DNA of 64,000 nucleotides from Helicobacter kayseriensis (GTDB lineage Bacteria; Campylobacterota; Campylobacteria; Campylobacterales; Helicobacteraceae): NCBI RefSeq assembly GCF_021300655.1, contig NZ_JAJTNB010000001.1, positions 133,770 to 197,769 of the forward strand, read 5' to 3'. Shown piece by piece: positions 49,656 to 58,352 of this stretch (position 1 is its first letter; each line of letters starts with the position of its first letter). The notes under the pieces were generated by a model. It saw only the letters and a program-made list of their open reading frames with translations, ran no database searches and was not told where the DNA came from. The position numbers and the translations under genes were made by a program.

Positions 49656-50384
49656 ATGAAAGTCTTTATTATCACTGGCACACGAAAAGGCATTGGAAAA
49701 GAGCTCGCTTTATATTTCCTGAAAGAAGGACACATTGTCTGTGGTTGCTCAAGAGGAAAAAGCAGTATCGATCACTCAAGCTATCATCATTTTGAGCTTG
49801 ATGTCAATAACGAAGAGCAAGTTATCAATATGGTCAAAACAATCAAAAAGCAATTTGGAAGGATTGATATTTTGCTCAATAATGCAGGAATCGCCTCAAT
49901 GAACCATATCCTACTTACTCCCTATCAAACCATGAAGAATGTTTTTTCAACAAATGTTTTTGGAACATTTCTTTTTATACGGGAAGTTGGAAAAATCATG
50001 AGTCAATCTGCACGAATACTCAAAAAACAAGGGGAAATCCCTCACTTCCGCATTGTAAATTTCTCAACAGTTGCTGTGCCTCTAAGACTTGAAGGGGAAG
50101 CGATCTATGCAAGTTCAAAATCCGCGATTGCCAATTTAACGCAAGTCGCAAGTTTTGAACTATCTGAGTTTGGAATCACTGTCAATGCAATTGGTCCAAC
50201 ACCAATCCCAACAGATCTTATTAAGAATGTTCCAAAACATAAAATTGATGCTCTACTACAACGACAAGCTATCAAGAGGTTTGGAACCTTTCAAGATTGC
50301 CTCAATGTAATTAAGTTTTTTATTGATGAGCGAAGCGATTTTGTTAGTGGGCAAATTATTTATCTTGGAGGTGTCAATGGCTAA
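49656..50384 (+). CDS. SDR family oxidoreductase (FabG-like ketoreductase)
   Basis: TGTRKGIGKELA glycine-rich motif, NNAG, and a YxxxK context (YASSKSAI). Confidence 0.8.
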   Translation: MKVFIITGTRKGIGKELALYFLKEGHIVCGCSRGKSSIDHSSYHHFELDVNNEEQVINMVKTIKKQFGRIDILLNNAGIASMNHILLTPYQTMKNVFSTNVFGTFLFIREVGKIMSQSARILKKQGEIPHFRIVNFSTVAVPLRLEGEAIYASSKSAIANLTQVASFELSEFGITVNAIGPTPIPTDLIKNVPKHKIDALLQRQAIKRFGTFQDCLNVIKFFIDERSDFVSGQIIYLGGVNG

Positions 50385-51723
50385 TTTGCTTCAAAAACTT
50401 CAAGCTTTTGGCAAACAAAATGCCCTAATCTGCAATAATCAGACCTATTCTTACGAACAACTTTTAGAAAAAGTCTCTTTTTATTCCTTGCAAACAAAGA
50501 TTCTTCCGCCACATAGTCGCGTCGTCATACATGATGATTATAGTCTTGATAGTATTGCAATTTTTATTGCTCTAATGACACACAAGCACACAATTATCCC
50601 TATTATTTCTGATCAGGAACTACAACAAAAGCAATCCGAATGTTCAGCAAACTTTATTTTTTCTAAAGAGAACAATTATTCCCCTACGCCTATCAACGCC
50701 AAACAAAAAGATAATTTTTCACTAGGAGAACACTCAGGCCTTATTCTTTTTAGTAGCGGAAGCACAGGCAAACCTAAAGCAATGATCCATAATCTTGATG
50801 AATTAATATCTAGGTTTAATAACAAAAAACCAAAACAACTCAATATGCTTCTTTTTCTTATGTTTGATCACATTGGCGGGATTAACACCCTCCTTAATAT
50901 TCTTTCAACTGGACAAACAGCGATCATCCCCCAAAACAGAAAAGATGTGCATCACATTGCCCATTTAATTGAACAATATCAAGTCACCATCCTCCCAACA
51001 TCACCAACATTTTTAAATCTAATATTGCTCAATAAAGTTCATCTCACACATGATCTTTCATCACTCAAAATGATTACTTATGGAACAGAATCTATGCCCC
51101 AATCTCTTCTTTCAAGACTCCAAGAAGCTTTTCCAAAAACCAAATTTTTGCAAACCTTTGGAACAAGCGAAACGGGGATCATGCAAACTTCTAGCGAAAA
51201 ATCAGGTTCACTCTTTATGAAAATCTCTGATCCATCTGTGCAATACAAAGTCGTCAACAACGAATTATGGATCAAATCGCCAACTCAAGTTCTTGGATAT
51301 CTCAACGCTAGTATGGAAAGCTTTGAAGATGGATATTTTAAAACGGGTGATTTAGTAGAAACAAAACTCATTAATGGCGAAGAATACATTCGAATCATTG
51401 GAAGATCCAAAGAGCTTATCAATGTAGGCGGAGAAAAGGTTTTACCTCAAGAAATCGAAGGAATTATCCTGCAAATCGATGGTGTAATGGATTGCTTGGT
51501 TTATGGAGAGAGTAATCCCATTACAGGACAAAGTGTTTCATGTGATGTCATCATAGATAAAGAAAAAATCAATCAAAATGACATAAAAAAAATCATTCGC
51601 TCTTTTTGCAAAGACAAAATTGAAAGATACAAGATTCCTTCTAAAGTAACTCCTGTTACTTCGCTTTCTTTCAGCGAAAGATTTAAAAAAACTCGCCAAA
51701 CAATCAAAGAAGAAAACAAATGA
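50377..51723 (+). CDS. Acyl-AMP/CoA ligase (adenylate-forming, AMP-binding family), probable acyl-ACP loader
   Basis: AMP-binding core motif LFSSGSTGKPKAM, a TSETG-type motif (GTSETG) and GDLV. It overlaps the upstream SDR by 8 nt. Confidence 0.8.
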   Translation: MANLLQKLQAFGKQNALICNNQTYSYEQLLEKVSFYSLQTKILPPHSRVVIHDDYSLDSIAIFIALMTHKHTIIPIISDQELQQKQSECSANFIFSKENNYSPTPINAKQKDNFSLGEHSGLILFSSGSTGKPKAMIHNLDELISRFNNKKPKQLNMLLFLMFDHIGGINTLLNILSTGQTAIIPQNRKDVHHIAHLIEQYQVTILPTSPTFLNLILLNKVHLTHDLSSLKMITYGTESMPQSLLSRLQEAFPKTKFLQTFGTSETGIMQTSSEKSGSLFMKISDPSVQYKVVNNELWIKSPTQVLGYLNASMESFEDGYFKTGDLVETKLINGEEYIRIIGRSKELINVGGEKVLPQEIEGIILQIDGVMDCLVYGESNPITGQSVSCDVIIDKEKINQNDIKKIIRSFCKDKIERYKIPSKVTPVTSLSFSERFKKTRQTIKEENK

Positions 51724-51807
51724 AAGCCTTATTTAAAAACTCTTACATCTAAGCAATTTACACCTGCATCGCATCAAAGATCGTTTATCTTATCGTTTCA
51801 CACACGA

Positions 51808-52125
51808 TTGCTTCGCGATACACTCCATGACATACAACATTCAACAATAAAAAGTGCTCAACAAAATCATAAAACTACAGCATTAGAAATTATACATCTA
51901 CCATATGGAATCAACAAAGCTTCTTTTAAATTCATAATGACAGAGATGATACAAGAATGGAGCAAAGTTTATGATGAACAATACATTCAACAAATCTCCC
52001 AAGAATATCCCTTAGGGATAGGAATGCCAAAACAAATAACTCCACTTATCTGCTTTCTCCTTTCTCTAGATTCAAGTTGGATAACTGGACAAAATATCAT
52101 CATAAATGGAGGTGCAAGCCTATGA
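51808..52125 (+). pseudogene. Remnant of an SDR gene (C-terminal ~45 aa only)
   Basis: The ORF ends YPLGIGMPKQITPLICFLLSLDSSWITGQNIIINGGASL, a classical SDR C-terminus, but it lacks the Rossmann N-terminus. Upstream sequence in the same frame is stop-ridden. Confidence 0.5.
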
Positions 52126-52186
52126 AACTCAAATGCAACAACATAACTATGCTAAAATTTAATCTAAAAAGTAAGGACCCTCAAAA

Positions 52187-52417
52187 ATGGAACAAAAAGT
52201 TTATAGAATCCTTGGTGATATTCTTCAAATAAAAGTCGATCACTCCACCTCAATTTCGATGCACAATACTCCAGAATGGTCATCTATTGCTCACATTGAC
52301 ATCATTATGAGCTTAGAGGAAGAGTTTAATATTCTTTTTTCTGAGGATGATCTACCTCTCTTAATCTCACAAGAAGCTATCATTTCTAAAGTTTCTCAAC
52401 TTGTTAACGCTCAATAA
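52187..52417 (+). CDS. Acyl carrier protein (second, small 76-aa type)
   Basis: TPEWSSIAHIDIIMSLEEEFNI matches the WDSLAHxxLIxALEEEF pattern of ACPs in polysaccharide and lipid A modification loci. Confidence 0.65.
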   Translation: MEQKVYRILGDILQIKVDHSTSISMHNTPEWSSIAHIDIIMSLEEEFNILFSEDDLPLLISQEAIISKVSQLVNAQ

Positions 52418-52793
52418 TCCCATCCATCATATTGGTTGCGCCACGCAAAGCATTGAAAAAGAGCTTCCTATTTTTTTAAAACTTGGTTTTAAAATAGAAG
52501 ATAGTTTCATCGATGAAGATCAGAAAGTGCGCGGAACTTTTATCACAAAAGATCAATATCGCCTTGAATTATTGGAGAATCTTGATCCTGATGGTCCTCT
52601 AACGCAATACCTTAAACAAAAAACAAAAATGTATCATATCGCTTACCAAAGCTCAAACCTTGAAGGTGATTTGGAAAAACTCAAAATGCGAGATATTCCT
52701 CTAGGGGGGGGGGGTGATAGTGAAACCAATCATGAAAGCAAACTACTTCAAAAGACTCTGTTTTATAATGATGAAAAATTATCTTCTGATTGA
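52401..52793 (+). CDS. VOC (glyoxalase/methylmalonyl-CoA epimerase-like) family protein with poly-G(10) near the 3' end
   Basis: PIHHIGCATQSIEKELPIFLKLGF...YHIAYQ are VOC-fold metal-binding contexts. The tract at 52705-52714 encodes LGGGGD. Confidence 0.55.
   Translation: MLTLNNPIHHIGCATQSIEKELPIFLKLGFKIEDSFIDEDQKVRGTFITKDQYRLELLENLDPDGPLTQYLKQKTKMYHIAYQSSNLEGDLEKLKMRDIPLGGGGDSETNHESKLLQKTLFYNDEKLSSD
52705..52714. repeat. Poly-G(10) inside the VOC-family gene
   Basis: Counted directly. Confidence 0.9.
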
Positions 52794-52807
52794 GTTGGTA
52801 GAAACGT

Positions 52808-54394
52808 ATGATTGATCTTTATTCAAAAAATCTAAAACGCTCGGATTTGCTTCATTTTCAAAATACCTGCGATGAATTAATTCATAAATCCATTACTATC
52901 AATATTCATCGTAATCATGCATTTGAGCCTGTTGGAAGCATCATCAATGCATTTTTATCCCAAAGTGGTTTAATCGCTAAATTTCAAATTGGACCATATG
53001 ATGATTCTTTGAGCTTTGATAATCTCCAAAAAAGTCATCTAGAAATCATCTGGGTTGATCTTTCTCGCTACAAAAACAATCCCTTAGAACACATATCAAA
53101 ACAAATCAAGTATCTCAAAACACTTACCACATCCCCAATTCTTCCTATTTTTATGGATATCCACTGCCGATTTAATCTTTCTCATTTGCAAGAAGATAAT
53201 GTTCTTTTTCTCTCTTCATTTATTCAACAAGAAGATTTAGATGACAAAAAGTCAAGCATTACTGGCACAAGACTTGGGAATAAGGCTTGTATCAAAATTG
53301 CACAATTTTTAGGACTTAGAGAAATCCCCTCATTGCTTCTTCCTTCACTCAAAGCAATTGTTCTTGATTTGGACAATACTCTTTATAGTGGAATACTTGG
53401 CGAAGATGGGATTGATAATCTTGTTTTAACTCAAGAACATAAAAAACTACAAGAAAAAATCTTAGATTATAAAAACAAAGGCTTTTTATTGGCTCTTGCC
53501 TCAAAAAATGAAGAGCAGCATGTTCAAGAAATGTTTCATAAACGTAAAGATTTTCCACTCCAATGGAAAGATTTCGATACAAAAGAAGTCAACTGGAATC
53601 CAAAAAGTCAAAATATTCAAAAGATTGCACAATTTTTCAATTTTGGACTTGATTCTCTCCTCTTTATTGATGACAATATCGCAGAAATTGAATCTGTCAA
53701 ATCCCTTAATATCAAAACAATTCTTGCCATTTCTCCAACAAAAGTGCTAGAAACACTAGAGCTCTTTCCTCAAATGCACAAAAAAGCAATTACCAATGAA
53801 GATATACTGCGTTCAGCAGACATTCAAGCAAATCAATTAAGACAACAACTCAGCAATCTCTCTCAAAAAGAATACTTTCAAAATTTGCAAATTTCACTTA
53901 TTTTCTCTATCGACAATCTTAACAACATTCAACGCATCACAGAACTTCTTAATAAAACCAATCAATTCATCTCCGGTTATACTCGCCCTACGCTAAATCA
54001 AGTTGAGGAATGGTTTAGAAATCCACATCTTTCAATTGCTACTATTGCAATGAGTGACAAGCTAAGTGATAGTGGAATTATTGCAATCTTTATAGGCGAA
54101 AAGATCAAGCATCAACTCGCATTGCGCGATCTTTGTATTAGCTGCAGAGCACTAGGAAGAAAACTCGAAGAAATCATGCTTTTCAAAGCTATTTCTCTTC
54201 TTAAAGAGAAGCTAGGAATTCTCTCACCGACTACAGATATCTACTTCAAAAAAGGAGAAAGAAATTCGCCCTTTTTGGATTTTCTGCAAAAACTTCCTCA
54301 ACACAGTGCCAGCCAAAATATATATACTACTATCGATGAAATAGTCAATACTGATGGTTTAAATATCAAGGAGGAGAAAAATGAAAGATTTTGA
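52808..54394 (+). CDS. FkbH-like HAD-IIIC family protein (glyceryl-ACP forming enzyme family)
   Basis: LKAIVLDLDNTLYSGILGEDGIDNLVLTQEHKKLQEKILDYKNKGFLLALASKNEE is the HAD-IIIC/FkbH domain signature (DxDxT...SKN). 528 aa with an N-terminal extension. Confidence 0.65.
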   Translation: MIDLYSKNLKRSDLLHFQNTCDELIHKSITINIHRNHAFEPVGSIINAFLSQSGLIAKFQIGPYDDSLSFDNLQKSHLEIIWVDLSRYKNNPLEHISKQIKYLKTLTTSPILPIFMDIHCRFNLSHLQEDNVLFLSSFIQQEDLDDKKSSITGTRLGNKACIKIAQFLGLREIPSLLLPSLKAIVLDLDNTLYSGILGEDGIDNLVLTQEHKKLQEKILDYKNKGFLLALASKNEEQHVQEMFHKRKDFPLQWKDFDTKEVNWNPKSQNIQKIAQFFNFGLDSLLFIDDNIAEIESVKSLNIKTILAISPTKVLETLELFPQMHKKAITNEDILRSADIQANQLRQQLSNLSQKEYFQNLQISLIFSIDNLNNIQRITELLNKTNQFISGYTRPTLNQVEEWFRNPHLSIATIAMSDKLSDSGIIAIFIGEKIKHQLALRDLCISCRALGRKLEEIMLFKAISLLKEKLGILSPTTDIYFKKGERNSPFLDFLQKLPQHSASQNIYTTIDEIVNTDGLNIKEEKNERF

Positions 54395-55049
54395 TTCTTT
54401 TATGCAGTCCCAATACAATGAGGGATTTTATTCCCACAAAGAGCTTCAACAAATAGGATTTGCATCTATAGGGAAAAACGTTCTACTCTCAAGACTCGCC
54501 AAAATCTATGGCGCTTCAAAAATTTCCCTTGGAAACAATGTCAGAATTGATGACTTTGTAATCTTAAGCGGAAAGATTGAAATTGGGAATTTTGTGCACA
54601 TCGGAGCCTTTTCATCTATAACTGGTGGAAATTCTGGAGTTATTGTCGGAGATTTTTGCAACATGAGCTCTTATTGCAAAATTTTTGCTGTAAGCGATAA
54701 TTTTTTTGAAGGATACCTTGCTGGCTCATGCATACCCGCTAACTTTAGAAAACTCAGAGATGCTCAAGTCGTCTTGGAAAGATTCAATAACTTTGGAAGC
54801 CATAGCCTAGCTCTTCCAGAGAGTTATTTCCCAACTGGATCAAGTCTTGGCCCAATGAGTGTCAATCTTGGAAAAAAATTTGAAGAGTGGGGTTATTATC
54901 TTGGGAATCCGGCAAGAAAATTATCTCTTATCGATCAAAATCAAGTCCTAAAACTTGAAAAGGAATTTCTATCTTCCATAAAAGAGACAATGGGGGGGGG
55001 GGATAAACAATACCAAACAATAACTGACATCAAAAGGATTGCATCATGA
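54381..55049 (+). CDS. Hexapeptide-repeat (LbH) acyl/acetyltransferase, paralogue 1, with poly-G(11) near the 3' end
   Basis: IGNNVRIDDFVILSGKIEIGNFVHIGAFSSITGG is the left-handed beta-helix repeat. The tract at 54992-55002 encodes MGGGD. Confidence 0.75.
   Translation: MKDFDSFMQSQYNEGFYSHKELQQIGFASIGKNVLLSRLAKIYGASKISLGNNVRIDDFVILSGKIEIGNFVHIGAFSSITGGNSGVIVGDFCNMSSYCKIFAVSDNFFEGYLAGSCIPANFRKLRDAQVVLERFNNFGSHSLALPESYFPTGSSLGPMSVNLGKKFEEWGYYLGNPARKLSLIDQNQVLKLEKEFLSSIKETMGGGDKQYQTITDIKRIAS
54992..55002. repeat. Poly-G(11) in LbH acyltransferase paralogue 1
   Basis: Counted directly, in the context KEFLSSIKETM-Gn. Confidence 0.9.
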
Positions 55050-55660
55050 ATCACCTCATGCAATCCCAATACAATGAAGGATTTTATTCATATGAAGAAC
55101 TTCAAAAAATAGGATTTGCTTCTGTAGGGAAAAATGTCCTACTCTCAAGGTTAGCTAGAATCTATGGTGCTTCAAAAATTTCTATTGGGAACAATGTCAG
55201 AATTGATGACTTTGTAATTTTAAGTGGAAAGATTAAAATTGGGAATTTTGTGCACATCGGAGCCTTTTCATCCATCACCGGTGGAGATTCTGGAGTTACT
55301 ATTGGAGATTTTTGCGGGATGAGTAGTCATGTTAAGGTCCTTGCTATAAGCGATGATTATAGTGGAGAAACCCTTACTAATCCCTGCATACCCAATCAAT
55401 ACAAAAACATTACAAAAAAACAAATTATCATTGAAAAGCATTGCATTGTTGGATGTGGCTCAACAATTCTCCCCAACGCCTTTTTAAGCGAAGGAAGCTC
55501 AATAGGAGCAATGAGTCTCATCGTTCGAAAAACAAAACCTTGGGGAGTCTATTTTGGAATTCCAGCAAAAAGAATCAAGGAAAGAAAAAAAGATCTACTT
55601 AAACTTGAAAAAGAATTTTTATCTTCTATAAAAGAGACAATGGGGGGGGGGATAAACTAG
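55046..55660 (+). CDS. Hexapeptide-repeat (LbH) acyl/acetyltransferase, paralogue 2, with poly-G(10) at the 3' end
   Basis: The N-terminal ~90 aa are near-identical to paralogue 1. It ends KEFLSSIKETMGGGIN*, and it overlaps the paralogue 1 stop (ATGA). Confidence 0.75.
   Translation: MNHLMQSQYNEGFYSYEELQKIGFASVGKNVLLSRLARIYGASKISIGNNVRIDDFVILSGKIKIGNFVHIGAFSSITGGDSGVTIGDFCGMSSHVKVLAISDDYSGETLTNPCIPNQYKNITKKQIIIEKHCIVGCGSTILPNAFLSEGSSIGAMSLIVRKTKPWGVYFGIPAKRIKERKKDLLKLEKEFLSSIKETMGGGIN
55642..55651. repeat. Poly-G(10) in LbH acyltransferase paralogue 2
   Basis: Counted directly, in the same flanking context as the tract in paralogue 1. Confidence 0.9.
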
Positions 55661-55687
55661 ATTTAACACTTTTACTAGGGGGATTAT

Positions 55688-56590
55688 GTGCGTAAAATCA
55701 AAATCGGATATTTTGCAGATGGAATTTGGTCACATTATGCATTTCTAAAAATAAAAAATGATCCACGATTTGAATTTGCCTTTATTGTCCCACGATTTGA
55801 CACTCAAGATCACACTCTTTTTGATTTTGCTCAAAGATTTAGTATCCCATACATTAAATCAAAGGACATTAATTCAGAAGAATTTATTAAAAAAATCAAT
55901 CACTATCAAAGCGAAATTTTTGTCTCTATGAGTTTTAATCAAATTTTCAAAGAACCTCTCATATCTCTTCCTAAACTCAAGACCATCAATTGCCACGCAG
56001 GGAAGCTTCCCTCCTATCGGGGAAGAAATATCTTAAATTGGGTCCTCATCAACGATGAAAAAGAATTTGGGATCACCGTTCATTATATAGATGAGGGAAT
56101 TGATACAGGAGACATTATTCTGCAACGCACTTATCCAATATCAGAGCAAGATGACTATTCAACTCTTCTAAAAAAAGCTCACATAGAATGTGCCACTGTC
56201 CTACATGAAGCTTTGATTCTTTTTTACAATCATCAAGTTTTCCCCACTCCACAAGACCATGAGAGAGGCTTCTATTGCCCGATGAGAATTCTCGGGGATG
56301 AGCTAATTGACTGGAATCAAAACTCAAGAAACATTTTTAATTTTATTAGATCGCTCAATACCCCAAACTTAGGAGCAAAAAGCTATATTGACCAAAAACC
56401 AATAACAATTTTCAAAAGCCAACTTATTCCCAATGCACCAAACTATATTTCTACACCTGGAGTAGTGGTGGGAGTTCATAAGAATGATATAATTGTTAAA
56501 ACTTTAGACAATACCATCAGAATTACAGATTATTTATTTGATGGGAAAATTAAAATTGGCGATAGGTTAAAAAATGAGACAAATTTATAA
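55688..56590 (+). CDS. Formyltransferase-fold protein (Fmt/ArnA-N-like), probable sugar N-formyl/acyl transferase
   Basis: NCHAGKLPSYRGRNILNWVLIN matches the N-HxSLLPxxRG catalytic motif, with the downstream Asp in IDEGIDTGDIIL. Confidence 0.65.
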   Translation: MRKIKIGYFADGIWSHYAFLKIKNDPRFEFAFIVPRFDTQDHTLFDFAQRFSIPYIKSKDINSEEFIKKINHYQSEIFVSMSFNQIFKEPLISLPKLKTINCHAGKLPSYRGRNILNWVLINDEKEFGITVHYIDEGIDTGDIILQRTYPISEQDDYSTLLKKAHIECATVLHEALILFYNHQVFPTPQDHERGFYCPMRILGDELIDWNQNSRNIFNFIRSLNTPNLGAKSYIDQKPITIFKSQLIPNAPNYISTPGVVVGVHKNDIIVKTLDNTIRITDYLFDGKIKIGDRLKNETNL

Positions 56591-57281
56591 ATACAATATG
56601 AAGAGATTTCTAGAGGGCGAATTAGTCGACCTATATATCCCATCTGAAAAGTTTATACAAACCAATCAAACCTTTGAATGGTGGAACAATAGCAAAATAA
56701 CAAAATTTTTAGAATCCGGAATAAAACGAAATACCCTAGATGATCAATTAGAATATTTTAAAAACACTCAAAATATTACCTTCTTTTATGATGATAAAAC
56801 CTCAATTATAGGAACAACAATACTACAAGATATTAATGCCTCCAAAAAAACAGCAATAATAGGTTTTATTAGAGGAGAAGCAAAAAAAGATAATACCCCC
56901 CCCCTACAAACCCTAGAGGCAATTGCACATACCATGGATTATGCTTTTAATACCTTGGAATTAGAAAGAATATTCGCTATTCATCATATTGGTCATATTC
57001 GCTTTTCGCATCTTCTATCTCTACTTGGATATAGACTAGAGGGCATCTTTCGAAAGGATTTTATTAAAAATGATTGGAGCGAGATTGATGACAGAATTCA
57101 TACTGTATGCCATAGAGAAGACTACAATCTAATCATTTCAAAGAGAGGAGGATCATTGTGGGATCAACACAAAAAAATGCTTCAAAGAGCAAAATTACTT
57201 CCAAAAACCCCTTTTCATATTCTCTTACAAGACTTTTTTAATTCTCACCGTGACTATTACAACAATATTTTTTCACTCTAA
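56574..57281 (+). CDS. GNAT family N-acetyltransferase (RimL/PseH-like) containing a poly-C(9) tract
   Basis: LELERIFAIHHIGHIRFSHLLSLLGYRLEGIFRK is the GNAT C-terminal core. The tract at 56896-56904 encodes TPPL at aa ~108. Confidence 0.65.
   Translation: MRQIYKYNMKRFLEGELVDLYIPSEKFIQTNQTFEWWNNSKITKFLESGIKRNTLDDQLEYFKNTQNITFFYDDKTSIIGTTILQDINASKKTAIIGFIRGEAKKDNTPPLQTLEAIAHTMDYAFNTLELERIFAIHHIGHIRFSHLLSLLGYRLEGIFRKDFIKNDWSEIDDRIHTVCHREDYNLIISKRGGSLWDQHKKMLQRAKLLPKTPFHILLQDFFNSHRDYYNNIFSL
56896..56904. repeat. Poly-C(9) in the middle of the GNAT gene
   Basis: Counted directly. Confidence 0.9.
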
Positions 57282-57307
57282 ACTCAAATCAAAGGAGGAT
57301 TACACAA

Positions 57308-58345
57308 ATGAATAAGCTCACAATCCTAATTACGACAGTTGGTGGCCTTACGAGTCCGGATCTTATTTATGCCCTTAAAAATAATGGAGAACGAGAAGTA
57401 GAGCTTCATGGAATCGATGCCTTTGAATGGGCCGTATGTAGAACCATGGTTAACTGTTTTGATGTCTCTCCCAATAGCGCGGAAGATGAGAGGGGGTTTG
57501 TAGACTTTATTAAAAACTACATAGAGAAATATCATATCGATATTATTATTCCTTGTGGCAATGAAGACAATCTAGTGCTAGCAAAATACAAAGATCAGAT
57601 TAAGATTCCTATTCTTGTGGGCGATTATCACCATTTGATCTCTGCTTATGATAAGGGTGCAGTTTATCATTCTCTCCAAAAACATCTTCCACAACATGCC
57701 CCCAAATTTCAAATCATCAAAACACTTGATGATTTTTATCAAGCTCTAGACTTTTTGGATTTCCCAAAAAATAAGATTGTGATTAAGCCTCGTTTTGGAA
57801 GAGGTGGAAGAGGAGTTTATATCATAGGAAATCAGTTCAACTTTGATCATTTTTTTCACAAAAAACCAGAAAATGAAGTTGATATTGCGACAATTGAAAA
57901 TATCTTGAAGCAACAAAAAACCTTTGAAGAACTGATTGTCATGGAATATCTCACCCCTCCATTTGTTAGTGCTTATTCCCTATGCCACAATGGAGAAAAT
58001 CTTCTAACACTCGAACACATTAGAGAATGGGGAAGTGCTTCGCAAACTTATCGTGGAGTCGTTTCGTACAATGAAGAGTTAGAGCATTTATGTTCCAAAG
58101 TCATTGAAATCTTCAACTTAACTTATGCCAACAATATGGAACTAGCATATACACAAGATGGCAGATTAGTACTATTTGATCTCAATCCTAGACTTGGTGC
58201 AAGTAGTTCGATTGACACCGATTTGGGATTTAATTTTCCCTATCTTGCTATCAAGCTTCTCTTGGGAGAAGAAGTCAAAATCAACAAAAGCGGCCTTCCT
58301 TCTAAATCTCGCTTCTTAAGATATTTTTCTTTCCTGTGGCTTTAA
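57308..58345 (+). CDS. ATP-grasp domain protein
   Basis: IKPRFGRGGRGVYII and LFDLNPRLG ATP-grasp core motifs, 345 aa. Confidence 0.65.
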   Translation: MNKLTILITTVGGLTSPDLIYALKNNGEREVELHGIDAFEWAVCRTMVNCFDVSPNSAEDERGFVDFIKNYIEKYHIDIIIPCGNEDNLVLAKYKDQIKIPILVGDYHHLISAYDKGAVYHSLQKHLPQHAPKFQIIKTLDDFYQALDFLDFPKNKIVIKPRFGRGGRGVYIIGNQFNFDHFFHKKPENEVDIATIENILKQQKTFEELIVMEYLTPPFVSAYSLCHNGENLLTLEHIREWGSASQTYRGVVSYNEELEHLCSKVIEIFNLTYANNMELAYTQDGRLVLFDLNPRLGASSSIDTDLGFNFPYLAIKLLLGEEVKINKSGLPSKSRFLRYFSFLWL

Positions 58346-58352
58346 AAATACA

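Noticed and set aside
51808-52125. Treating the 105-aa ORF as an intact small protein.
   Set aside because: Only the C-terminal SDR tail is recognisable and the upstream region is stop-ridden, so it is annotated as a remnant.
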